Virus record (IMG/VR): IMGVR_UViG_3300020056_000025
Coordinates: 4,131 to 68,130 of that record
Direction: 5' to 3' (one strand)
Source of the DNA: a virus
Length of the DNA stretch: 64,000 nt
The notes under the pieces are model-generated. The model searched no databases, had not been told where the DNA came from, and worked only from the letters and a program-made list of their open reading frames with translations. The position numbers were made by a program, and so were the translations under genes. Shown here piece after piece: positions 36,341-48,300 of this stretch (position 1 is the stretch's first letter; every line of letters begins with the position of its first letter).

Positions 36341-39300
36341 ATGTCAAGTAGATGTTCTAATAATGATTCTTTGAAAGTTAGAATAAAATCTGAGACAAAA
36401 CTCAGAAATCATATAATTAAAAAAGTAAAACTAAAAGCAAAACCAACCGTTACTTCCAAGTTTAAATCTTTTGCTTCATTGCAGATAATTGGGTACGCCA
36501 GAGGTGGAGGTTCTTCAGGATCTTTTTCTTCAAATAATTTTGGTTCATCTAATTTTGGCGCAGAAAGCTTGTCTTCTGGACCAATTTTGCCAAAGATTAT
36601 GAGAGGCGTTTTTGATATTTCTTTTGATTATGTTAAAGAATTTATTCCAAAGCCGCCCAGATCTTTACCATCTCAATTAATTGATATTACATCTGTAGAA
36701 ATTAAAAAGGGAGGATGGGACGCAATTCCCGATTCAGTTTACGAACCAGCTTCTTCGAATAATCATACATATACTTATATAAATTCACCTCAGTTTAATC
36801 ATAGGCCGATAGCTAGATTTAAAACTTCGTTTAATTTCAAGTCTAGTTTAGGCATTCCTTTAATTAATTTAAATTCAAAGTTTAAGTCTTCTTCAAACTT
36901 TTCATCAAAATTCTTTGAGAAAATAAAAGGGCATGTTGCAAAGCTAAATACTTTTGACTTTAGCAATCCCTATCTACAGCGTTTGTATCCAGAATTAGAC
37001 GAGCCCGTTACTAGCGACGTTACTTTTGTTGATAAAATTCAAAACTCAAGCGGAATATATAGTAGTATAAATGAGGGAGTTTTTACTGGAAGTGTAATGC
37101 AAAATCAAGGCACTGGCTACTTAATGTCAGATGATTCTAATACTTATATTACCCCTTCCTCTATCAGTACCGATAACGTATCTAGTTATAGATGTGTTGT
37201 AACAACTCCAAATATTACTCCCACAGAAAGCCTCTTATTTATTAGAGCGACAACTCCTCTATTCACAAACGAGACAGATCGACCACCAAGCTATGATATA
37301 TATAACATATTATTCCTAGATCCTTCTGGAAATAAAATAGCTAAATATAAAGATGTTACTGTTGGGGGCGAATCAGATTATTACAAATCCTCTATTTCAA
37401 ATATAGATAAAGATTGGTTTACTATTGTTACTGAGCCATCAGAGTTTTATGCTGGTACTGGTGTTAGCAGAATAGATTATCCAATTTTAGGAGAACCAAG
37501 TGGATATACATTATCTTTTGATGTAAAATCAAATTGTAAATTTGAACCATTTGATGATGGATTTAATGAAGGCTTTGAAGAAGGGTGTGATATTAGTCGA
37601 TTGGGTTTAGACTTGTCTTCTCACTATTTTCCTGCAAACTCAGTAAATAATCATCTTGGAATATCAAGTACTCCTCTCTCAACACGAACTCAAGGATATC
37701 GATTAAATCCAAATAATTCTATAAGATTCTCTGCTCTAGAAATTGTTAATGCCGGATTGAGTAGTGGAATAATACACGATACCGTTTTAAATTTACACAT
37801 AACACCACAACCAACGGGTCAAAGATTAGAAAGAATTTTATCCCCAACTAAGGTTCTAACAACTAGTTATACAAACAACATTTATCCCACTGGAATAGTT
37901 AATACTTGGGTCTCTTCTGCCGACGCTGACGGACTTAGATTTGATAACACTTCAGATGAACACGCTGGAGTTTTGGTAGATAGACTTGTGAATCGTTTTG
38001 TTGACGGCTGGATAACTCTAGAAGATATTAATCCAATAGCTTCCTCTGGTAAACTACAGCTTGTTTATAAACACAGCAAGCCAAAATCTATTAAACAACC
38101 TACGGGTGGAGCCTTCTTGTTTGGCCAAAAGTATGGCGGATCGGATTTTGGAACCGCAAAAATAGAAATAGTTCCTGCTGATGATTCTTTTTATGTTATA
38201 GAAGAAATTAAGCTAAGAATTTCTGCGAAGAAAGCTTCTGGCACTGACGATTACCCGATTGATGTAGTTGGGTATAGTGACGATGGGGTTTTGGCGATAA
38301 CTTCTCAGGTTGGTGGATTTTTACAAAATGAACAAATTGGTTCCGGCGCAGTTCCTTTACATTCTGGCTTTCTACCTACAGATGATTTAGGAATTTCTAC
38401 AAATTCTATATCAGATAAATATGCATATTTTCAAGAAAAAATAATAAAACATGCAGCTGGCGACCATTATATGGTTTCTACTTCTCCAGTTGTTAATAGT
38501 ACTTCTTTCGAAACATATGACATTCCTCTTAAGATATATAATGATTCAGTAGAATTGGGTCGGTCAAAAGATTACTCTATGAGTAGTTATTTCGAGCAGT
38601 TATACTTAGATATTTATCCCATACCTAGCGGTGCTTCTATCCAAAGAGCTGATCTGATAATTAAATACAAACCAGCTGGAGCATTGCCATTAAGTACTGC
38701 TGGATATCTTTCTAGAGAATTTTATAGCAGAGAAGGAAGGTTATATCCAGACGCAAAGAGAGGCACTGATGTTATAACAAATTCTAATTCTGAACCTCTA
38801 TCTTTAATTGAAAACATACCGCACGGATATACACATATAGAAGATACTCTTAAAACTAATTACTCAAGAAGATGGCGTGGCAATACCGGAAACGTTGATA
38901 GTTCTGCTTTCGATCCAGTATCTTTTGACTTCTCTTTTGAGAGAAGTGTATTAGATCAACCATTTCTTCTTGGTTATTTTGATTTTAATAAAACAGTTGG
39001 AAGTTATGTTATAGATTCTAATAATTACGGTTCAACCTCTGGAGTCTTTAATTCAGATTTACAGTCTAGCTTAATAAGAAATATTGGTTTAAGATTTAAT
39101 TCTGACAGCTTGTTTAATGCCAATGTTAGAAATTACAAAACTATTGACTGGTGCGGAAGTGGCCATGAACTAGAAGGAAAAATACTTGACGCTTATGATA
39201 ACGCTCTGCGTGTTTCTGGTGTTAATGGTTACTTAGACTTTGGAAATACTCCAACCTCTAGCGGTTTTTCTGTTTACACAAGGTTTTCTCCTGACTCAAG

Positions 39301-42300
39301 TATTAGCGGGGTTGGATACAATGGTTGGAATGACGGAGTTATTTTTGGTAAATGGGACAGTGGGCAAAATCTAGAGTATGCCCTTGGTTATGAAAACGAA
39401 TACCTGTGCGTATATGCAAGATCTGAAGATTCTTCTGTTGTAAAAGTCGTTGATTCTATCCCTTATACTTCTTATCAATATCCTCTTTCTACCTTAGTTA
39501 CATACAATCAAAATCATGATAATAAACTAAGACTATATGCTTATAACGAAATTTCTTCTGGCATTCCTGTTTTGAGAGGTGAATCGTCTTCGTTTATTAT
39601 GCATAGTGGAAATAGTAGCTTGTCATTTGGGTATTCTTCTGGTTCAGGGGTTGGTATAAATGCGTTCATTCATGAAATTGGAATTTCACACGTAAATGCT
39701 AGTGGTTCTACTAATTTGGTTGAAGGCGTAGGCAATAGATCTATACAAGAAGAAAGTGTAGCAGACTTTTTTGCGTCTCAAGCAATTGACTTCTGGAGAG
39801 GATCTGACAATTTATGGAACTATGTTGACGAAAAAACTGATGATTGGAAATTGGGATCATTTAAGTATTGCTCTTTTTCTCCAGACTTTAACGTTATGAG
39901 CCTTCGTATTGGGAAAGACTTTATATATCATAATTTTTATAATCATGGACAAACATATGACAACCTAACAGACCTGAGCCTACCAGATTCAACCAAAGCT
40001 TCGGGATTAGCATACCATACACAAATTGAAAACGACATGCTGAGAGTTCAGCTTTCTGGTAGAGAAGATAGATTTCACGCAGTTGCTCCAAGAATTTCTA
40101 AAAACTTTCCAAGAAGTTACTTGTTTGCAGAAGATTCACTTCTAGTCAATACGATAATGCAGCACAGCTGTGACCAAGATATTGTTTGGCCAGATGGTCG
40201 GCGTGGAGTTAAAATTATTGTTAGTCTTTATACACCAAGTAGAGAAAGCGAATATACTCCGACTAAAAACTATGGCTTAGTAAGTAGAGATGTTCACTAC
40301 GTTACTCCAGAGGATTGCTGGTTGAAGCTAAGAAGTAAATTCACCTTAGAAAACTATAATGACACCAGTAGTGAGCCTTGGTCTTACTTCGATAAAACTA
40401 TTAGCAAAAAAGAATTTACAGAGAATTATTTCTCTAGAGACGTTGATGAAATGTTTGTGCAGTATGATTTAGCTTACCCTTCTGGTACTTACGAAGAATC
40501 AAAAATTATAATTCATTCTTTAGATATTAGTCTTGATAATATACTTCTTAACAAAGATAATGAAAATGAGCGATTAAATGTTTACACTAGCGGCGAACCA
40601 TACAGAGACTCATCTTTAAATTTATCTTGGGCCGAAGGTTCGGTAAGAGGTGTTATTGCTGCACAAGGTTTTGGATCTTCGAACTATGGCGTTGTTCTGG
40701 GTGATTCTATTACTCTTAATGATCTATCGCTCGGTTTTTACACAAGCGGAAATATATACTCTAATATTTATACGAGCGGAATAAACCTTTATGCTTCTGG
40801 ATATACGTATGATTCAGATATTCTTAATTGTTACAGTGTGGGTAGTGAGACCCACAGTGGATTACTAAATATCAGTAGCTTAGGCGGTTACGCAAATGAA
40901 AACAATTTAAACAAACCGTTCTGCTTATATTCTGACGCCTTTTACGCAAACGCTGACCACCTGAGCGAAAGTCTAAACGTTTATAATTTGGGAGTTAACA
41001 CCAAGGGAGAATTTGCTTCTAATATTAACGAAACTATGCATAGCTTTATACTAGGTGGATTAGGAGCTACAAGTTTTCCAATTAGTATATCAGAAACTTT
41101 CAATATCTCTATTGCTACTCCTCAATTTGCTTCAATTAATTTTCAAGATTCTATAAATTTATATACTGTTGTTCGTAAGGTGGAAGACACAATATTCGAT
41201 AGTGTTAACATGTATACTCACCACGAAGCCAGAATAGTAAAAGAAGAAAATGAATTAGAATCATTTTTATGGAATGGGAAGAACTTTGGTTTTGAAATTT
41301 ATGTAGATGATAATCAATATGCATCAATTCCAGCAAATGATGAAATACGGGGCGTAAACACGATGTGTTACGGAGACTGTGATTCTCTTGCTGGAATACC
41401 TTGCACAGAAACAGACATTGTTACCCATGATACACTATGGTATTCGCCAGAATGCGTAGATGGCGGCGTTATAAGACCATATAGAGTTTATAGTAACCCA
41501 GATGTAAATGCTTTTGGGACAAATCAACCATACGATAAGCAATATTATGGCATAAGAAAATTCACAAGCTTGATACCAAACGCTCCCTACACGATTAAGA
41601 TTACTGGACAAAGTGGAGGCGGTGAAGTTTTAGAGGTTCCTAGAGAAGTGTCAGAATGGAACTATGGAAAATCAGAAACTCCATCCGGCGTGTTAAGCCC
41701 TGAAGTAAATTATTCAGGACTTCAGATTTTAGAAAGTTTAAGCAATCGTGATTCTAATAACAATTTTGGAAAATCTGTCAAAGTTGTAGGAGATTTACTT
41801 GCTGTTGGTGTTCCACACGCAGATAGCACTGTTGGTGTGGATGACTTATTAAATTCTGATACAGCTTCTCGCACTGTAAATAGTCATGGAAAAATATATG
41901 TTTACAGAAGAAACCCAGCTCCATCTGGACATGATTGGTCGAATCAAGATGACCAAGCTCAATGGTCTGTTGAGCAAGAAATTGTTTTACCCACAGGTTG
42001 GAGGAGGGATTACTTTACCAATACTGTCGCTAGCTTTACTGATGATACTGGAGAATTCCTGCCATTTACTGGATCTGTTAGAAGTTGGTTTAATTCTGGA
42101 GAGGGACGAGAGCTTGGATATTCCTTAGATGCAACTAAAGTCGGGGATAAAGAAATTATAGTAGCTGGTGGACCCGGATGCGAGTGGACAAGGACGTTTG
42201 CTCCCATAGCAGCTACCCCAGTTTCTATTGGTTTAATTGTTTTTAATAATGAACTACAATCCAACGCAAAACCTTGGCAAAATATATTAGAAGAATTAAA

Positions 42301-45300
42301 AAATAGAGATTTATTATATCGATACTTTTCTGATCCGCCAGTTGAATTTGATATTAAGATTATGATTTTAGAACCACATCTTGGTTCAAATATATCTTTT
42401 CAGCCATCAGATGAATTTGCTACTCCGAAGCCAGATTTTGTATCTAAACACGTTACTACAAGACACTGGGAAAGGAGTACCACCAGTCAAGAATGGATTG
42501 ATGCAGACGCTGTGATTCTGCAAGAAATGAAAAATATTTTCCACGAAACGTTCCCAATAACCCCCGGAGCGTTACATAGTGGAATTCCTCCTTTACTTGG
42601 TATATTTATAGATGACTCTGCCTCCTTGGGAACTGATGTTGTTGGTTATTATACCAACGGATTCAAGGGCGCTGTAAACAAGTTCATAGATTATTACAAT
42701 TCTTATTCGTACAATAATGGTTTAAGTGATCAATATGGCAACCCGTCCGAAGGATACACTCAGGTTACAGTTAGACAAAGAGAAGCAGACTGGGTTGACC
42801 AATCCATTGAATGTCTTAAAGATATTACAGATATTAATAAAATTATTGAAAATAATAAAACAAATTTAATAGCTAATAATCTTGGTACATTTAATGTTAA
42901 TGCTCAAGAGTTTAATAACCCTCCTCCGAGTGGTGGTGCTGTTTACATTTTTGAGAAAGAAAACCAAGATTCTTTGTTTGAGCTAAAGCAGGAAATAAGA
43001 TCTCCCGCAACATACACAGATAATGCTTCTGATAGATTTGGACACGATGTTGCAATTAGTAAAAACGGAAATATAATCGTAATTGGTTCTCCTTACTCAG
43101 AAAACGCTGTTCAAATTTTTGAAAAAAATAATTCACACGAAAAAGAATTGCAAACCAAAATACATCAAAGAATACCAGCTTTCTTAAATGCTGAATACAA
43201 CAAAGAAGTTCAAAATCAAACCTTTGGAGAATCCTTTAATTTATATGAAGATTACCTTGAGCAAAAGGATATCGTTAATGACTTTGCTTTAACAGAGTCT
43301 CTGTTTAATAGAATGTCAGAGAGTTTAAAGTTATCTTTTTATAAATCTTATGATATATCCCCATACAAAAAAATAAAAGATCTTACTTACTCTGATATTC
43401 ACAAAGACATGGGTGGTGTATGGAGTGAATTTTATTCTAAGTACATACCAACTTCTCGCATTGGTTATAGCGTTGATACAAACGATGATGGAACTTTAGT
43501 TGCAATTGGTTGTCCAACCGACAGTCTTGGAGAGAGAGATAATACCATTACTTGGTTTAGGCATGATGGTGGACAAACTCAAGATTGGCAATGGCAAAAT
43601 TATGTCAACGCAGGATGTGTTAGAGTCTTAGAGAGCAGAAAGTATTACCCCCACACTAACAAGGTTGTTGAATTTTATAAGTATGGAAATTTACATGAAG
43701 ATCTTGCTACTGAAGAGCATAAGTACTTATACCATGATAATATAAAACAAATGTTTGAAAGCAAGCATTTAGATTATTCTAGAACTAGTTTCTCAGAAGA
43801 CGTTGATATTCCAGAAGACGCCGGAATGGCTTTCATTATAACTCCATCGATTGATGCTTCTAGTGACGAAGTTGTGCAAAATATTAAAAATTGGTTGGCA
43901 AAAGGTGACAGACATTTAGTTCTTGTTGGCGATGATCCAAGATACGAAAAAAATGGCGCGTTTCAAAAATCAACAGCTATTATTAATGAGTTGCTAGAAA
44001 AACTAGATATCAATATGAGAATTTATCCTGCTCGGAATGAAAGAGAAGCTTTACTCACGGATACAAATATAGAATTAAATGTTCAACAGTCTTTTAAGCC
44101 AGCTAAGTCTAGCAGCATTCTTGGGTATGCGGGTAGTAAGTTAAAGTCTTATGGTGTGGGAGATATTAGGCATTACAATAAAGATAAATTAGATTTATAT
44201 AATTGTACTCTTCCGTTTGGGACAAAGCTTACTAGCAATGGAGAGTTAACAGAAAATTACAATGATCCATTTGTAATATTAGAAAAAATTGATGCTGTCT
44301 CAGATGGTTCTGAACCGCCAAGAAAAAAGATTTATAGAGAGATGCATGATAAGTGTCATCTACCAATTAAACATGAGGGCGATTTAAGAGCGGAGTATCA
44401 AGACCAATGTGCCTTTATTAACTTGGGTGGCTCCCCTGTTTGGTTAAACTATAAGAGGAATTTACCTTTTGCTTATGGGGATCATATTACGGCGGATTGG
44501 GGCTGTGTTGGTCCGGGAGATGTAATTTTATCAAAAGAAGAAAACCTCAGAGATTCACATGCTCCAGTTCCAATGCTAGCAGCTTATGAAAATGTTAATC
44601 TTAAATTTGACGTTCCAGAAATTCCTGCCTCTCAATTTCTTCAGCGTTATATTTCTTCTTATAAAGATGGATATCAACATAAGTTTGGAAGAGTTCCTTA
44701 CTCGGGAGTTTCTTTTTCTTGGACTGCAAATGAAAGTAATTATACATCAATTGAAAATAATATTAACCAAATTACCAGCGAAAGTCTTTTCTTTGATCCT
44801 CCACAAACTGCTTCCTCCGATGGTTTTATTGATTCAATAATGCAAGCGAAAGCAACAACTCCACTAAGAGAAGTAGAACAAGATATTAATGCGGGGTATT
44901 TCAATGTTGTAAATGAGGAACCATACCTTCCTCATGAGGTTGATAATTCTCATGTTGTATTAATGGCTACAACTTTTACTGAAAGAAAAGATATATTGCT
45001 TTCATCGCAGAATGATGCTAATCTAGTATTTTATAAAAACTTGTTAACGTATCGTAATAGTATAAACTCTCAAGGTTTTTATTGTAAAGTCGCTCAGTTG
45101 GGAAGCTTTACAAATAGATCTAGTTATACTGATGGTTACTTCAAAAGCGATATAGCTTTCCAAATGTATGGTCTCGGGGTAGACATGCGAGATCTAAACG
45201 TTGACATTGACGATATATCCTTAGAGCACTTAGAGTATAATGTTGTTTGGATTGCTAACACTGATCAGATGCCTTCTGATGAAGATATTTCTAAGCTAAA

Positions 45301-48300
45301 AGACTTTTTAAGCCTTGGAAATAAAAAGGTTGTTATTACATATGGTCAGGAACCAAATAAACCAGAAGAAAGTTTAGAGCTTACACCTTATATGATAAGG
45401 GCAGCAAATGTCGCTAGAAATATTTGCGAAAAATTAGGCGTTACTATGCGTCCAAATTTCTTGGTCGGAAAAAACAGATACGCTTTTAAAGAAGACTATA
45501 ATAGCAATGCTGTGGGTAAATATTCAGAATTGTATATTGTATCTGAATATGCTCAAGAAGGAATACCGCGCCTAGAGGGTGACTATGCTAAATTTACTAC
45601 TAATGCCCCACCGTTTACTAGGTATGGCTTAGGAACAACATTAGATCATAACATTATACCAATACAAAAAAATAACAGCTCAATATTGCTTAGACTTGAA
45701 GAAACAGTTTCTGATATACAAACTGTTTCTTTAGGAAAACCAAAATTAAACACTGGTATTACCAAAGTAACATTTGACGTTCCAGACCATTCAGAAGAAC
45801 TTTCTCACGATCTTGGTAGGCAGGCTGAAGATGATTTATATCTATTTAGAATGTACTTTGATGTTATCTCACTAACAGAACAGGAAAACCAAAACATTAA
45901 AGTTTATATAGAAAATGCTCAGTCTTCCATAAATTCTGATCAAGAAGGTCAAGCGCTACCAATTAGTAATGCTAAAGGAACATTAGTTCAAATACAAGAC
46001 GGAGACGATCTTGGTAATATTTACAATTCTAATATATCCGCTGGAGCTAATATTACCCTTCAAAAGTCTTCTTCCTTGAAGACCTACACTTTAGATTTTC
46101 AAGCGGCGAGTGGAACCCAAATAAACCTGTACTTTACTGGCTATAAATATTGGCCAGAACGTGATTTGGTTCCAAATCCAGAACAAGTAAGAACTACGAG
46201 GCTTGTTGCAGTTTCTGGTGTTAGAGTTCCTGTAGAAACTACGGTTTCTCCTACATATCCAGTTTATGATGTAAGAGTAGTTGAAACTCCTGCTACACCG
46301 GGATACTCTTATTATCAAGATGTGGACAGGCAAATTAGTACAAACAGTTCTAAATACTGTGCAGAGAATAATTCTGAAATATGTTCAGCTGAACCTCCAA
46401 TTGGCTATGGGTCCGAAGGTTCTGATTTAGATATTGCTGACGGACCAGTGGTGGTCGCACAACAGTTTTATGATCAAGCAGGTTTTTATTCTGGACATAA
46501 TAGATCTAGGGTTACTGTTATTAGTGATGCAAGTTTAATTCAGGGTCCAAACATTTTAACACAAGAAGGAAATACTGTTACAGATTTAGCTAGCTTTTTA
46601 GCTTCTTTATATCCAACTACGAATGAGTTTTTTCAGGACGAATACTATGGTGTTCAGCAAAGCACTTTCTACCCAAATGCTTACAAATTAATTTCTCCCG
46701 AAAGATCTAGTCCAAGTAGGCTAGTAAACGCATTTCCTCAAAACTCTGGATTAAATGCTAGATTTGGTTCATATCCAAGTTCTGGATTTCCTGTTAGTTC
46801 TTATGCTGATGACGAGGGTAAGAAAAACATTAACATTCCTTTGGGTCAAGATCAAGCTGCGATACCTTTTGACCTTATGATTGGTTTATTAGCAGCTGAT
46901 GATCCCGGAACTTTTAGGCAGCTTCCAGAACCTCCAAGATTGCCACCAAGCTACTGGTTTTCGGTTTTTCCTTATACATATTTAGGATATACCCAACAAG
47001 AATATGAACAAAAGTGGTACACTGACGAATTTTTACAATATCAAGCTTATTGGTCTTCTACTTCAAAAATACAAGATGTTTATCAAGGCCAGACCTACGT
47101 GGATGCGGGCTTGTCGGAAAGAATTCCACCAATAATGAGAGCTACTGGTTTTGATCACCTTGACTTGGATGTGTTTAATTCTGGATATCCCGGAGATTTG
47201 TTTGGTTATAAAGTATGCATACATAATGATAAGATTTATGCTGGATCTCCATTTACTCCCTATAGCTCTGAGACTATTCTTTCTTGGGATGAAATTTTAG
47301 ACAGTGGATACATGCATGGCGTTGAGATTGGTTACAACGGCGGAGCTGGAGCTGTTTATCAAATTGAAAAAGTTGGAAACGTTGGCAGTGGTGTTGGATC
47401 AATTCAAGGTTCTTCAAAAGAAACGTCTGGATTACCTTGGCAAACAGTCAAAAAAATTAGACCACAAGAAATCGGAGTTGGATTTTCTAATTTAACCGCG
47501 AACGAAGCATCTGGAATTTTTGGTAATCACTTATATACTGATGAGTTTTTACAAAACAATGCTTTTGTTTCAGATATGTTTGGTTACAATATTACACTAG
47601 ACGCTGATTTAATGGCGATATCAGCTCCCGGTCATAATTTTGAAGTTTTATTCCAAGAAAATTCTGGACAATTTGTTAATAAAGAATTTAATGAGCAATT
47701 TAATATTACTACTCGAAACCAATATGATTTAGCAATTCAATCCAATAGAAATAACTACCCGAATAGCGGTGAAACTATAATAAATAATGGAGCTGTGTTT
47801 ACCTATGAAAATAAAATTAATGACTGGGGATCTAAGAGTAAAGACTGGACACCCATACAGAAACTAACTCCAGAGCAAGTTACCTTTAGCTCAGGTAATG
47901 CTTACTTTGGACAAGCCATAAGCATGTTTAGATCAAACAGATCTGACGCAGATTACATACTAGCTATAGGTTCTAAAAATTATACCACTGATACTATGCA
48001 AAAAGCTGGATCTGTTTATACCAATGATGCAATGTTGAGAAAATTAAGACCGGCCTTTTCTCATCCAGATACATATCTAGCTGGAAAAGTTTTTGGAAAC
48101 TATAAAGACAAAAGTGAATATATTGAATTTAACTTTAAAAATGGAAATATCCCAGATGATAAACATTCTTTCGAGGGTAGAGTTTTTGCCAATGAGCAGG
48201 GAGAAATATTTATTGAAGCCTCTGGTCAGGACATGGTTGACAGAGGATATGTAAATCACAGACCGTTTATTAAGCAGATTCGTGGGGCTTACGAATTTGG

